Assembly (NCBI RefSeq): GCF_006345805.1
Contig: NC_043010.1
Coordinates: forward strand, 7,440,001 to 7,504,000
Length of the DNA: 64,000 nt
Source: Octopus sinensis
Taxonomy: Eukaryota
Direction: 5' to 3'
The notes under the pieces were generated by a model. The model worked only from the letters and a program-made list of their open reading frames with translations. It was not told where the DNA came from and did not search any database. A program made the position numbers and the translations under genes. Of this stretch, positions 13,117-26,331 are shown piece after piece. Within the stretch, counting starts at the first letter, position 1; each line of letters starts with the position of its first letter.

Positions 13117-13545
13117 TACTCTTTACTCTTTACTCTTTACTCTTTTACTTGTTTCAGTCATTTAACTGCAGCCATGCTGGAGCACCGCCTTTAGTCGAGC
13201 AAATCGACCCCGGGACTTATTCTTTGTAAGTCCAGTACTTATTCTATCGGTCTCTTTTGCCGAACCGCTAAGTGATGGGGATGTAAACACACCAGCATCG
13301 GTTGTCAAGCAATGCTAGGGGGACAAACACACACACACAAACACACACACATACACACATATATATATATATACATATATACGACAGGCTTCTTTCAGTT
13401 TCCGTCTACCAAATCCACTCACAAGGCATTGGTCGGCCTGGAGCTATAGCAGAAGACACTTGCCCAAGATGCCACGCAGTGGGACTGAACCCGGAACCAT
13501 GTGGTTGGTTAGCAAGCTACTTACCACACAGCCACTCCTGCGCCT
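13117..13545 (-). mobile_element. SINE family A (tRNA-like head, central microsatellite, tail ending (AAGAGTA)n)
   Basis: A box TGGCTGTGTGG, B box GGTTCAGTCCC; high identity to the other A copies. Confidence 0.9.
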
Positions 13546-15193
13546 ATACATATACAAACACATACATACACATACACACAAACACAGACACACATTCAAC
13601 TATTTCAATCGCTTATAGAATTGCGTTTCCTGTAATTCTCTTTTCTTGTTTTTCTTTTACATTGTGATGATCCCCTGGTACACAGTGTGTCAGACTCACC
13701 CTGTAATTGGCACTGGTGATAAACAACTCCAACTATAATAACAGCAACAGCAACAACAAAAACAACAATAACAAAGTAAATTCAGAGAAGAATAATTATA
13801 AGAACCATTGTAAATAATAAGGAAAGGAAAAAAAAAATAGAGCAACAGGGAAACAAAATGACAAAAAGCCCCCAAAAAACAAAGGAACTGATAATATGAT
13901 ATGGTTCTCTCTGAGGATCACTCCAGAATAAATCTTAAACTTGTCATATTTAATTATAGAACTGAAAACTCAAGTAAGAGAGAAAGAAATTCCAAACTTG
14001 TCAACTTTAATTATAGAACCAGAGAATCAAAACCAGAGGAGGCAGGTATAATACATGTAATCAGAACTTTTCTCTTCACACACAAGCTGTGTGTGATAAA
14101 TATGAATCTATCTGAGAATGTATTGCACCATGTTCTGTTGGCTTGACCTATCCTTCCTAAATCTGGATTTTGTGCATGCATAAATACAAATCATACGCAA
14201 GTAGTATTCCCTGGAAGATCCAAATACAAAAATATTCAAATGCATTGAAAAAAAAAAACCTTATATGTTTAAGCTAAAGTGCTCGCAGACGATCCATAAT
14301 GTCAACATGATCTCAGATGCGTAGCTATATATGGACAAAGAAATGGTAAAATTTATCCTTTACTATTATAAGGAATGACTATATTTGTATTTAAGTCGAA
14401 TAGAGACTTACGTAAACATAAATATTAATAGAAATATAAAAATAAAACAAGAGGATTTTTTTTCCCCGTATATTGAAAATAAATAAAACTGTTTTGAAAT
14501 ATAGCATGTCTTGAAGTGGAAATGAAGATGTAAAATTAACCCTTTTGTGGCCATAATTCTAACAAAAATATAGTTCCTTTGCATAGTAATTTTCAAAATA
14601 GCCAACGTTAACATTAAATTTAATATGAACGACAAATGTTTACATATTGAATATTATCTAGCATTATTTTTTTTTTTGTAAAAATAATGTGATTTCAATC
14701 CGAGAAGAATTTAAATTTGAATTTGAATATAGTTTGGGGCAAGTTGATCTGAACTGATATGAAAACAAGCACTTCAGATACTGGAATGCTGTGGCTGTTA
14801 AAACGATGCATACAACAAACAATTCTATGTTGGGAGAGAGTGTATATATTTCGGAAAAATTAATTTATATGCAAAATAAAGGAGGCAAACAAGCATTAAA
14901 AAATCAAATATAACAATTTTTATATGAACTTTTCTATCCTTTTGCTTTTTTTTCATTGTTCTTTATTTTCTGTTACTAATTTCAGTTATTGAGTATAGCC
15001 TTGCTTCAGCATAGTTCTGTACCGTTCACAAGGGTTTTAGTCTTCTATATCCTGTACTTATATCAGCATTCTTCAACAAAATAAGATAGGAAATTGACAT
15101 TTATGTGAGTGTGAAGGGAGATAACTTAAACGAGCATTAATACTGCAGTGTATTTCTGTTTGAATGTGCCAGTTGTTATTCCAAACTGATACA

Positions 15194-15236
<43 letters not shown>

Positions 15237-15278
15237 CATCCATCCATCAACCTATCTCTCTCTCTCTATCTATCTATC

Positions 15279-15325
<47 letters not shown>

Positions 15326-15713
15326 ATCTATCTACCCATCTATCTACCTATCTTATCTATCTATCTATCTATCTCTATCTATCTATCTACTCTATTTCTC
15401 TTCTCTTCTTTTTGTTCCTTTTCCTTTTTTTCTTCCCCTTTCTACGATCCTTTTGATTGAAAACCTACCCCACTTTTTTTTTCTTCTTGTTTTTTGTTTT
15501 TTGTTTTTTTCATCCCCCAAAGAAGCTCTACCTTGTAACTTGTCCCATCTGTGGCAGCCTGTGTGGCCAATAAGAAACTTATATATATCTATATATATAT
15601 ATATATATTTATCTATCTATCTATCTATCTATCTTCTATCATCATCTATCTACCTACCTACCTATCTACCTACCTATCTATCTATCTTCTAGCTATCTAT
15701 CTATCTATCTACT

Positions 15714-15767
<54 letters not shown>

Positions 15768-15801
15768 ATCTATCTATCTACCTACCTACCTATCTACCTA
15801 C

Positions 15802-15878
<77 letters not shown>

Positions 15879-16149
15879 CATCCATCCATCGATCTATCTA
15901 TCTCTCGATCTGTCTCTTTTTTCTTTTCTTTAAGTTTCTTTTCTTTTTTTTCTTTTTTTTCTTTTTTCCCTTTTACGATCCCTTTTGATCGAAAACTTAC
16001 ACCCTTTTCTTTTTCATCCCCAAAAAGAAAAGCTCTACCTTGTAATTTGTCCCATCTGTGTGCGGCCCTGTGTGGCTAATAAAGAAACTTATCTATCTAT
16101 CCATCCATCGGTCTATCTCTCTCTCGATCTATCTACCTATCTATTTTTA

Positions 16150-16213
<64 letters not shown>

Positions 16214-16265
16214 CATCCATCAATCTACCTATCTCTCTCTCTATCTATCTATCTATCTATTAATC
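15194..16265. repeat. (TATC)n arrays with a duplicated unique spacer
   Basis: Direct reading. Confidence 0.95.
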
Positions 16266-16664
16266 GATTTATATACATAGAGAGAGAGAGAGAGGGAGGA
16301 AGATAGAAAGAAAGAGGGAGCGAATGATGGAGATTCAGTGCCTATTATCTAGATTTTTAATCACGTGCTATTGATGCGTTTGAGTCAATGAAAGAAGACA
16401 CTAAATTTACCATGTGAGTGGGATTGAACAGCAACCACATGGTTGGGGAACAAAGTCCTTTACTACCTAGCATCCAGTGGCAGACATCATTAATAGAGTC
16501 ATAAACAATCAATGTGTGCATGCATATGTATGTATGTATGTATGTATACATGTATGTATGTATGCATGCATGTATGTATTGGTGCATGTATGTATGTATG
16601 TATGTATGTGTGTATGTATGTATGTATGTATGTATGCATGTATGCATGCATGCATGTATGTATG

Positions 16665-17247
16665 TACTCTTTTACTTGTTTCAGTCATTTGACTGCGGCC
16701 ATGCTGGAGCACCGCCTTTAGTCGAGCAAATCAACCCCAGGACTTATTCTTTGTAAGCCTAGTACTTATTCTATCGGTATGTTTTGCCGAACTGCTAAGT
16801 TACGGAGACGTAAACACACCAGCATCGGTTGTCAAGCGATGTTGAGGGGGACAAACACTGATACACAAACATACACACACATGTAAATATATATATATAT
16901 CGTTATTTTCTACCTTTTTTGCCATATACAGCTTACAAATTCTATTTGTTTGTGGAGACTTTTTATTAGTAGAGGAAATAGTGATCAATTTTGGCTGCTA
17001 TTTCTAATATTTTCGGTATGTGGTTTTGAGCAACTTGTTGCAATTAACCCTTAATTATAATTATATATATATATACATATATACGACGGGCTTCTTTCAG
17101 TTTCCGTCTACCAGATCCACTCACAAGGGCTTTGGTTGGCCCGAGGCTAAAGTAGAAGACACTTGCCCAAGGTGCCATGCAGTGGGACTGAACCCAGAAC
17201 CATGTGTTTGATAAGCAAGCTACTTACCACACAGCCACTTCTGCATC
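16665..17247 (-). mobile_element. SINE family A with about 160-bp insertion in its central microsatellite
   Basis: Tail 16665-16885, unrelated segment about 16901-17063, head 17080-17247. Confidence 0.85.
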
Positions 17248-17275
17248 TATATATTTATGTTTGCATGTACATATG

Positions 17276-17419
17276 TACAAGAGGTGCTCAAAAGTCCCTT
17301 GCTTTAAGGGTACTGCAAAAGGCCTGGCCAGAGGCCCAACCTTCCAAGTTCTTTTACAGGGCTTAGAAAAACTAAAGGACCACTGCAATGAGTGTGTGAA
17401 TCTGAGAGGGGAATGTTGA
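17276..17419 (+). mobile_element. Left half of a mariner-type MITE
   Basis: Homologous to the first about 130 bp of the 61579 copy; stops at GAATGTTGA. Confidence 0.8.
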
Positions 17420-17724
17420 CTTTCGGAAACATTTTTTAATGCTAAGAGTTGCTGAAGCATGGAACAAACTGCCGGCATCAGTTGCATCCTTCAAAACTTC
17501 CATGCTTCCTGAGATTCACCAACACTACACCTGATTTTCTCCCCTCCATACACACGCAAGCATGTATCTGATTCATACACTGCTCGCTTCCCAGATATTT
17601 GTACATTACTGCATATAATTTATATGCACTTTTTACAAGTTGTGATGCACCTGAGCACTGTATACAATAATTTCATTATTATTATTATATTATTATTATT
17701 ATTATCATTATTATTATTATTATT
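17420..17724 (+). mobile_element. CR1-like LINE 3' end
   Basis: Homologous to 18529-18990, opposite orientation, (ATT)n tail. Confidence 0.88.
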
Positions 17725-18316
17725 AAATGCAGAAGATGATATGGTCAAAATGTTGCTAGTTGTTTCAGTAGTTTGGGAAATAGAATAGGAAGCAGACGGA
17801 CCTGGAAGAATTTTTGGGAAGACTTTGGGCCAGAATAATTGAAAGTCAGTGTTATTAGTGAGCAGATGCGTGAAGAATGAAAAAATGAGGATGGAGCATA
17901 TTTATAGTCAGAAATTACCTTTCAGAATGGACTTTCAATAAAAAATATTGTCTGGACTGCAAAATGGACTTTGAGGTAGGGGTTGAAAGATCTGTGTAGG
18001 GGTTTTCTTTGTAAGAAGTTGATACGAATAAATATTACATATTTAATTCCTTGAATGGGTGAATGAATGAATGAAAGAATGAATGAATGAAAGAATGTAT
18101 GAAAGAATAAAAAGGATGAATGATATTGCTGGAATGTTGAGATTGCTTGAAATCTGATACAAAATGATTAGACAATAAGACTGTAAAGATAAACAGAATA
18201 ATATTTGAACTATAAATGATGATTGGTTAAGGTGTAGGATTTCACAGATAACGAGTGTTTATAGAGGCATCTTAATAAGATATCTTTAAACATATCTTTA
18301 AACATACATACATACA

Positions 18317-18357
<41 letters not shown>

Positions 18358-18463
18358 TGCATACATACATGCATACCTGCATACATACGTACATACATAC
18401 ATACATACATACATACATACATACATACATACATACATACATGCATAAATATACACTCATACA

Positions 18464-18530
18464 TATGAGGGAGTGCTGAAAAGTTCCTAGTGTTGGATAA
18501 AAGAAAATACAGGAGTATCATTTAATCATA
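18464..18530 (-). mobile_element. Right end of a mariner-type MITE, inverted
   Basis: Reverse complement matches the last about 65 bp of the 61579 copy. Confidence 0.75.
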
Positions 18531-18545
18531 ATAATGATAATAATG

Positions 18546-18577
<32 letters not shown>

Positions 18578-18990
18578 CATAATAATAATAATGAAATTAT
18601 TGTATACAGTGCTCAGGTGCATCACAACTTGTCAAAAGTGCATATAAAGCACATGTAGTAATGTACAAATGTCTGGAAAGTGAACAGTGTATGAGTCAGA
18701 TACATGCTTGCGTGTGTATAATCAGGTGTAGTGTTGGCAAATCTCGGGAAGCATGAAAGTTTTGAAGGATGCTGTGCTCCGAAAACTAACAACTGATGCC
18801 AGCAGTTTGTTCCATGCTTCAGCAACTCTTAATGTGAAAAAATGTTTCCGAAAGTCATGGGAGCTGTGCTGCTTTCTGACTTTGTAAACACGTCCACAGG
18901 TGTTAGACAGGTGGAGTTTGAAAAGGTGCTCAGAGTTATTGTTTGTAAGGTGGTTAGTAATTTTATGGGTGTCTGCCAAGTCAGCTGCCA
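18529..18990 (-). mobile_element. CR1-like LINE 3' end
   Basis: Encodes RKQHSSHDFRKHFFTLRVAEAWNKL (CR1 ORF2 C-terminal pattern), then 3'UTR and (ATT)n tail. Confidence 0.88.
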
Positions 18991-19047
18991 GACGTTATTA
19001 TTTCATTATATCACTCACCTAATTTAATCTGAATAAATTATGAATTT

Positions 19048-20545
19048 GCCTTTGATATCAATGAAGCTTTTGGCCAGCCCAATATGGGATCCATCCCTCT
19101 CACATCTCTTGGATTATCAGCTTCCTTCCAGGCAATGCATTTTCAGACTATGCTGATGATGCTATTTCTGGCCCACATATTATCATCTCGGGTGAGCCCC
19201 AGGGTTCAAGTCTGATTCCCATGCTCTTCTTCCTATATATCTGATGAAGTTGATGTTGTTAACATTTTGGTTGTAGAAAAGTCATGCAGACAGAGGGGAT
19301 TCTGAACGACCGATATTCTGGAGAGGGAAAATTAAAAGTAGAGGTTAGTTGCAGAGCTTGTGATGGTAGACACATCATTGGTGATGAGAGGTGGAAAGAT
19401 AAGTGAGTCAAGAGTGGTTGATTGGAGGTGACGTATAACCAGTTATCTCTTCAGAGCATAGGCCATTGTAGTAGTGTTAGTTGAGGCAAAAGGAGGACAC
19501 AGTTTATTTGTGGAGAAGGGACTGGAGTATGACTGCTAGTTACTTTATACCATATTCTATATCTGAAAGCTGTGCTCTGCTGTGAGTCTCACTCGAACTT
19601 TGCAAAGGATTAGTAATAGAAGGGTACTGAATTATCTGAATTATCTGCATCTGAAGTAAAGGATCAGCTTTTGGGAAGAGGTTTTAGGTATTTGTATGAT
19701 GGACATATAATAAATAATGACCTACATGCAGTCACTTCCTGCAGAACCCACTTTTCAACAGATGATACCACCCTTCATTCTTCCTTAAATTTCCCTGTTC
19801 AAGTTTTATCCGTTTGTAACCTTGAAACCTCATGATGCATCTGCACTGTCTTTATGAAGAGAAACAAACACCCATGGGGGTTATGCTGCTCTTCTCCCCT
19901 GTAGGTTAAAAAAAGAAAAGAAAAAGGCTCAACTTGCATCAAGAAACCATTATTACAGTTACCACAATGGGGGCCTGCAACTAGTGACCTCCAAATGCTA
20001 TGTCTCATTGTCTTTGAGGATTTATCAATTTATCATATGCCCATCATACAAATACCTAAAACTGCTTCCCAAAAGCTGATCCTTTACTTCAGATGCAGAT
20101 AATTCAGTACCCTTCTAATACTAATCCTTTGCAAAGTTTGAATGAGACTCACAGCAGAGCACAGCTTTCAGATATGGATTATGGTCTAAAGTCACTCTCA
20201 GTCACACTCCAATCCCTTCTCCACAAATAAACTGTGTCCTCCTTTTGCCTCTACTAACACTACTACAATGGCCTCTGCTCTGAAGAGATAACAGGTTATA
20301 TGTCACCTCCAATCAAGTACTCTTAACTCACTTATCTTTCTACCTTTCATCACCAATGATGCGTCTACCATCACAGGCCCTGCAACTAACCTCTACTTTT
20401 AATTTTCTCTCTCTAGAATATCGGTCGTTCAGAATCCCCTCTGTCTGCATGACTTTTCTGCAACCAAAACGTTAACAACATCAACTTCATCAGTTTCATA
20501 GGGGCTGTAAAAGCCATGTCCTCTGCCCTTCGTCCAGACCTAGCT
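19048..20545 (+). pseudogene. Degenerate, rearranged LINE ORF2 (RT) relic
   Basis: AFDINEAFG (19048), SGEPQGSSLIPMLFFLY (19188-19238), NDLHAVTSCRTHFSTDDTTLHSS (19716-19784) correspond to LDISKAFD, GVPQGS and YADD motifs; interrupted by an inverted 475-bp copy of 20025-20493. Confidence 0.72.
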
Positions 20546-20551
20546 TTCCTC

Positions 20552-20758
20552 CTGCTCCTCCTCCTCCTCATCATCATCATCATCATCATTTTCATCATCA
20601 TCATCATTCATCATCATCAGCATCATCATCATCATCATCATTCTTCGTCGTCGTCGTCGTCGTCATCGTCATCATCATCATCATCATCATCGTCATCATC
20701 ATCATCTTCATCATCATCACCACCACCACCACCACCACCACCACCACCACCACCACCG

Positions 20759-20791
<33 letters not shown>

Positions 20792-20798
20792 TCATCAT
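20552..20798. repeat. Compound triplet tract (CCT/CAT/CGT/CAC)
   Basis: Direct reading. Confidence 0.95.
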
Positions 20799-21152
20799 AA
20801 TTTAATGTCCATTTTCCATGCTGGCTTGAGTGGGGAAGTTCAAGAGGAGCTGGTAAGCCAGAGGACTGCACCGCATTCCAGAGTCAGCAGACAGGGTGGG
20901 GGGATAGTAGTATTGAGGTAGGAGTAGCTTTATACCAGGCTTTATGAGAGAGTTGTGGTTCTCAACCAGGGGGGGTCATACGGCCCCTGAGAGTCCATAT
21001 AAGATTTTTTGGGGTCCATGCAACTAAATAGTAAATTAGGGATCCACAATAGTATTTTAAGGGTCCCCCCCAAAATTTTGTTTTAGATGTGTGTATTGGT
21101 ATGTTTTGCAAGAAACAGCTCGATTTCTTTCTCTAACATTTAACATACTCTC

Positions 21153-21553
21153 AGGCGCAGCAGTGGCTGTGTGGTAAGTAGCTTGCTTACCAACCACATG
21201 GTTTCGGGCTCAGTCCCACTGCGTGGCACCTTGGGCAAGTGTCTTTTTCTATAGCCTCGGGCCGACCAAAGCCTTGTGAGTGGATTTTAGTAGACGGAAA
21301 CTGAAAGAAGCCCGTCGTATATTTGTATATGTATATATGTATGTATGTGTGTTTGTGTGTCTGTGTTTGTCCTCCCCAACATCGCTTGACAACCGATGCT
21401 GGTGTGTTTACGTCCCCGTAACTTAGCGGTTCGGCAAAAGAGACTGATAGAATAAGTACTAGGCTTACAAAGAATAAGTCCTGGGGTCGATTTGCTCGAC
21501 TAAAGGCGGTGCTCCAGCATGGCCACAGTCACATGACTGAAACAAGTAAGAGA
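21153..21553 (+). mobile_element. SINE family A nested in a hAT-like MITE
   Basis: Full-length copy homologous to 13117-13545. Confidence 0.9.
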
Positions 21554-21680
21554 AAAAAAAATAGGAGAAAATACTTCAATCTATACAAGTGAAAGTAGGA
21601 ATTTTGGAAGATTTTATAGAACTAGTTTTTAAAGGGGCAATGGGGGTGGGTCCTCCAGAATAATATATAATCAAAGGGTC

Positions 21681-22072
21681 CATCATCATCATCATCATCA
21701 TCGTTTAACATCCGCTTTCCATGCTAGCATGGGTTGGACGATTTGACAGAGGGCTGGCGAACCAGATGGCTGCACCAGGCTTCAATCTTGATCTGGCAGA
21801 GTTTCTACAGCTGGATGCCCTTCCTAACGCCAACCACTCCGAGAGTGTAGTGGGTGCTTTTACGTGCCACCGGCATGGGGGCCAGTCAGGCGGCACTGGC
21901 AACGACCTCGCTCAAATATCTTTTACACATGCCACCGGCACAGGTGCCAGTAAAGCAATGCTGGTAATGATCACGCTCGAATGGTGTCTTTTACATGCCA
22001 CCGGCACGAAGGCCAGATAGCCGCTCTGGCTACGATCACGCTCGGATGGTGCTCTTAATACCATACTAGCAC
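21681..22072 (-). mobile_element. Element B (variant) nested in a hAT-like MITE
   Basis: (CAT)n tail fused to the host GGGTCCAT sequence. Confidence 0.85.
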
Positions 22073-23479
22073 GAATACCCTATAGTTTAAAAATGGTTGA
22101 GAACCCCTGGGCTAAAGAATTATAGAGGGACAGAAGCAGGTGTCTTGCTTTAGGGAGATACATCGTTACTCCAGTTGAAAAAGAAATAGGGATGTAAAAA
22201 TATATCAGGGCACACCCTCAAATTACAGCAAGGTAAGTATAAGAGAAGTGGTTTGGGCGGGTAGAAAAAACGCAGCCAAATCACCCCCATGTCGCATCCT
22301 ACCATATTAGGAAGTACACATTTGATAATGAAATTGTAGCTAACCCCAAAAATAGACATGGTCATGGCTGGAATGTCTTTTTGATCATTGGTATGTTTGT
22401 TCATTGTTTACCTGTGGCTCAGCAACGATAGTAAATAACAACCTGGCTAAAATGCAATAAATAATAAATGAACATTGTTAGCTTGAATGTGCAAATGGGT
22501 TTGATAAGTTAACAAATTTACATATATGTTAACCTGTTTTCTGTGAAAATCTTTTATAGATAAAAAAAAAAAGGAAAGGAAAATTTTAAAATCTGAGTTA
22601 TAAGAGGAATCAGTAGCAGTGTGCAAGAGGAAAGATGGTGCAGGCAGAGACATAAAATGCATATAGAAGATGGATGTAGGGTAAAGAAGTGCCGTAGAAA
22701 TTAAGAGAATGGGAGCTCTAGAAGAGAATAACAAAAGATGATATGAAATGAAAAGATGAGGGTTGATTTAAGGACGTTCAACTTCTAGAAAAAGAAACCA
22801 TGGAAGAGACCACAGCATGTGGCAAGTCTCGAAGTCTCACTGCAAAAGAAAAACCTGTCCAACTAATACAACCACGGAAATATATATTTAAAATGATGAT
22901 GTATTCGCTCCGATAAAAAAAAGTTTGCGAAATTATATTGAATAAAGTCAGTGTGTTATGGAATTATACAAACGGTTAACTGAGACAAGCAGAGTAATGT
23001 CCCTTTACCAAAGTGAAGTAACGTGGATAGAATTATTTGATCAGCCGTTGAAGAAACTGTTGGAATAAAATTTAGCAGATAAACGCAATACGTGAATAAA
23101 TGAGGGGAGTTACTATGTGGTTGGTCGTTTTGCTAGAAATGGAAGCTAAAGAAGGATAAAAAAAATACAAGATTGGGACATGGGGCATGGAATATAGAAA
23201 ATAGATAAAAAAAAACAGGTTGGTCATGACAGGAACTCCTTTGATAAGCGGTCTACTGGTCGAGAAATGTACATTCACTCATACAAAATGTGTGTGTGTG
23301 TGCTCCATTATTAGAGTATTGTCCTAGGTTTATAGTAAGTGTGTGAAATATCACATCAGAGCTAATAGTGAAAGATAATCCATCACTATTAATTTTGTTA
23401 TGTGTTGTGTGTGTGTGCAAGTGCGTGTGTGTGCGCTTATGTTATACATACATTTATACGTAGCCCTATATTCACATGT

Positions 23480-24104
23480 ATGTATGTATGCATATATGTA
23501 TGTATGCATGCATATATGTATGTGTGTATGTATGTTTGCATATATGTATGTGTGTATGTATGCATGCATGTATGTATGTGTGTATGTATGTTTGCATATA
23601 TGTATGTGTGTATGTATGCATGCATGTATGTATGTATGTATGTATACATATATGTATGTGTGTATGTATGTGTGTATGTATGCATATATGTATGTATGTA
23701 TGTATGTATGTTTGTATGCATGTGTGTATGTATGTATGTATGTATGCATATATGTATGTACGTATGTATGTATGTATGTACGTATGTATGTATGTATGTA
23801 ATATATGTATGAATGTATGAATGTATGTATGTATGTATGTATGTACGTATGTATGTATGTACGTATGTATGTATGTATGTATGTACGTATGTATTTATGT
23901 ATGTATGTATGTATGTATGTATGAATGTATGTATGTATGCATGCATGTATGTATGTATGTATGTATGTAAGTATGTATGTATGTATGTATGTATGTATGT
24001 ATGTATGTATGTATGTGTGTGTGTATGTATGTATGTATGTATGTATGTATGCATGTATGTATGCATATATGTATGTATGTATGTATGTATGTACGTATGT
24101 ATGC

Positions 24105-24136
<32 letters not shown>

Positions 24137-24345
24137 TTGTATGTGTGTATGTATGTATGTATGTGTGTATGTATGTATGTATGTATGTATGTATGCATGT
24201 ATGTATGTAATGTATGTGTGTATGTATGTATGTATGTATGTATGTATGTATGCATGTATGTATGTATGTATGTATGTATTTATGTGTGTGCATGTATGTA
24301 CGTACGTATGTATGTATGTGTGTGCGTGTGTATGTGCATGTATGC
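23480..24345. repeat. (TATG)n microsatellite, about 870 bp
   Basis: Direct reading. Confidence 0.97.
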
Positions 24346-25217
24346 ATGCTTGCACATGAGTCATTGCATCTGTGTTTGCCACCTCCCAGCAACACTTGAT
24401 CTGTTGGTTTGTTTACATCCTGACAACTTCGCTGTTCAGCAAAAGCAGTTGATAAAATAAGTAGCAGATTTAATAGTACTCTTAAGGTTGTGGGATCTGT
24501 TTGACTAAAATAAAACCCTTCAATGTGGTGGCCCAGTGTGGTCACAATCCAGTGGTTGAAACAACTAAACAATAACAGATAAAGGATCCTTTTATAATCT
24601 TCTAAATAAGGGACCAAACAGTTTCCTCCCTTATAGATCTGTAACTAGTTGAACAAGAGACATATAACAAATCCTTTCTACCTCTAATTTGTCTTATGTT
24701 GTTGATAAACTCACCACAAAACATGAGTACATGAGGGCAGTTACTACGTAGTTGGTTGTTTTTACTAGAAACGGAAGTAAAGGAAGGATAAAATATAGGA
24801 TAATGTTTGAACATGGAGAATAGATTATTGATAATAGATAAAAACAGGTTGGTCATGGTTGGAACTCCTTTGATCAGAGGTTTGCTGGAACAGGTGAACA
24901 AGAAATTTTCTAAATATTTGCTTGAAATAATAGCTAAAAACCATTAAACAAAAACCTACTGTTTTTATAAAAAGGACAGATTAGATAATGTAGTTTTTAA
25001 TATACAAAATGATAATCCTTTCTATTATAAGCATAAAGTCTGAAATTTCGTGGGAGGGGGGCTAGTAAATTATATTGACCCCAGTACTTGACTGCTACTT
25101 ATTTTATTGAAAATATAGGTGTGCACAATTAGGGCTCTCCTGAAGGTAAAGTACTTCCCCTTTCCTTTACTAATTGATATCATTTTTCTGTCACTCACAT
25201 CATCTACCAATCTCTCT

Positions 25218-25625
25218 TACTCTCTTTTACTTGTTTCAGTCATTTGACTGCGGCCATGCTGGAGCACCACCTTTAGTCGAACAAATCGACCTCAGGACTT
25301 ATTCTTTGTAAGACTAGTACTTATTCTATCGGTTTCTTTTGCTGAACCGCTAAGTTACGGGGACGTAAACAAACCAGCATCGGTTGTCAAGCGATGTTGG
25401 GGGGACAAACACAGACACAAATATACACACACATACAAATATATATATATATATATATATACACAATGGTTTCTTTCGGTTTCCATCTACCAAATCCACT
25501 CACAAGGCTTTAGTTGGCCCGAGGATATAGTAGAGACAATTGCCTAATGTGCCACACAGTGGGACTGAACCTGGAACTATGCGGTTCGCAAGCAAGCTAC
25601 TTACCATACAGCCACTCCTATGCCT
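25218..25625 (-). mobile_element. SINE family A
   Basis: Full-length homologous copy. Confidence 0.9.
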
Positions 25626-25917
25626 ACGCCTCTTAACTTTCCTTCCTTAAAAGTAACTATGCATATTTATTCAATTCCTTTCCTTATTGATTTTACCTAT
25701 TCACTTCTTTTAACTTCTGCATACCAATAATTGACCACTCTGAAAAAGTAATTCTGCCCGAAACATCAAGCTTATTCATTCATAGCAGCAATCAAACTAG
25801 TTGACATGGACAATTTTTTCTTTTTAAACTTATTCACTGTTCACTTCCTGTGCATATTCTATGTACCGTTCATGCAGTTTCGGTTACTTTCTCTGATGAG
25901 TTGTAGCACACCTGAGC

Positions 25918-26331
25918 ACTCTTTACTCTTTTACTCTTTTACTTGTTTCAGTCATTTGACTGCGGCCATGCTGGAGCACCGCCTTTAGTTGAGCAACTCG
26001 ACCCCAGAACTTATTCCTTGTAAGTCCAGTACTTATTTTATCGGTCTCTTTTGCCGAACCACTAAGTGACGGGGACGTAAACACACCAGCATCAGTTGTC
26101 AAGCAATGCTAGGGGGACAAACACAGACACACAAACACATACACAGACATATATATATATATACATATATGTGATGCGCTTCTTTCAGTTTCCGTCTACC
26201 AAATCCACTCACAAGGCATTGGTCGGCCCAGGGCTATAGCAGAAGACACTTGCCCAAGATGCCATGCAGTGGGACTGAACCCGGAACCATGTGGCTGGTT
26301 AGCAAGCTACTTACCACACAGCCACTCCTGC
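25918..26331 (-). mobile_element. SINE family A inserted in a CR1 3' tail
   Basis: Full-length copy splitting CACCTGAGCACT|GTATA...(ATT)n. Confidence 0.88.

Larger units (their letters stand above)
20953..22109 (+). mobile_element. hAT-like MITE containing SINE A and element B
   Basis: Ends GTGGTTCTCAACC / GGTTGAGAACCCCTG; a related uninterrupted copy lies at 26594-26824; no clear TSD. Confidence 0.7.

Noticed and set aside
14270-14360. Possible minus-strand exon after ttttaccatttctttgtccatatatag
   Set aside because: The phase-0 frame stops after three codons and there is no good donor.
21153-21230. tRNA genes at SINE heads
   Set aside because: A and B boxes are present, but I could not fold a cloverleaf and each is followed by a SINE body.
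23351-24617. Long ORFs such as IHTY/YVCM, LSIY, IYIY, poly-S/L/V/C/P across the window (e.g. 9622-10504, 20413-20871, 27670-28460, 43012-43502)
   Set aside because: These are translations of microsatellites that lack stop codons; no domain content.
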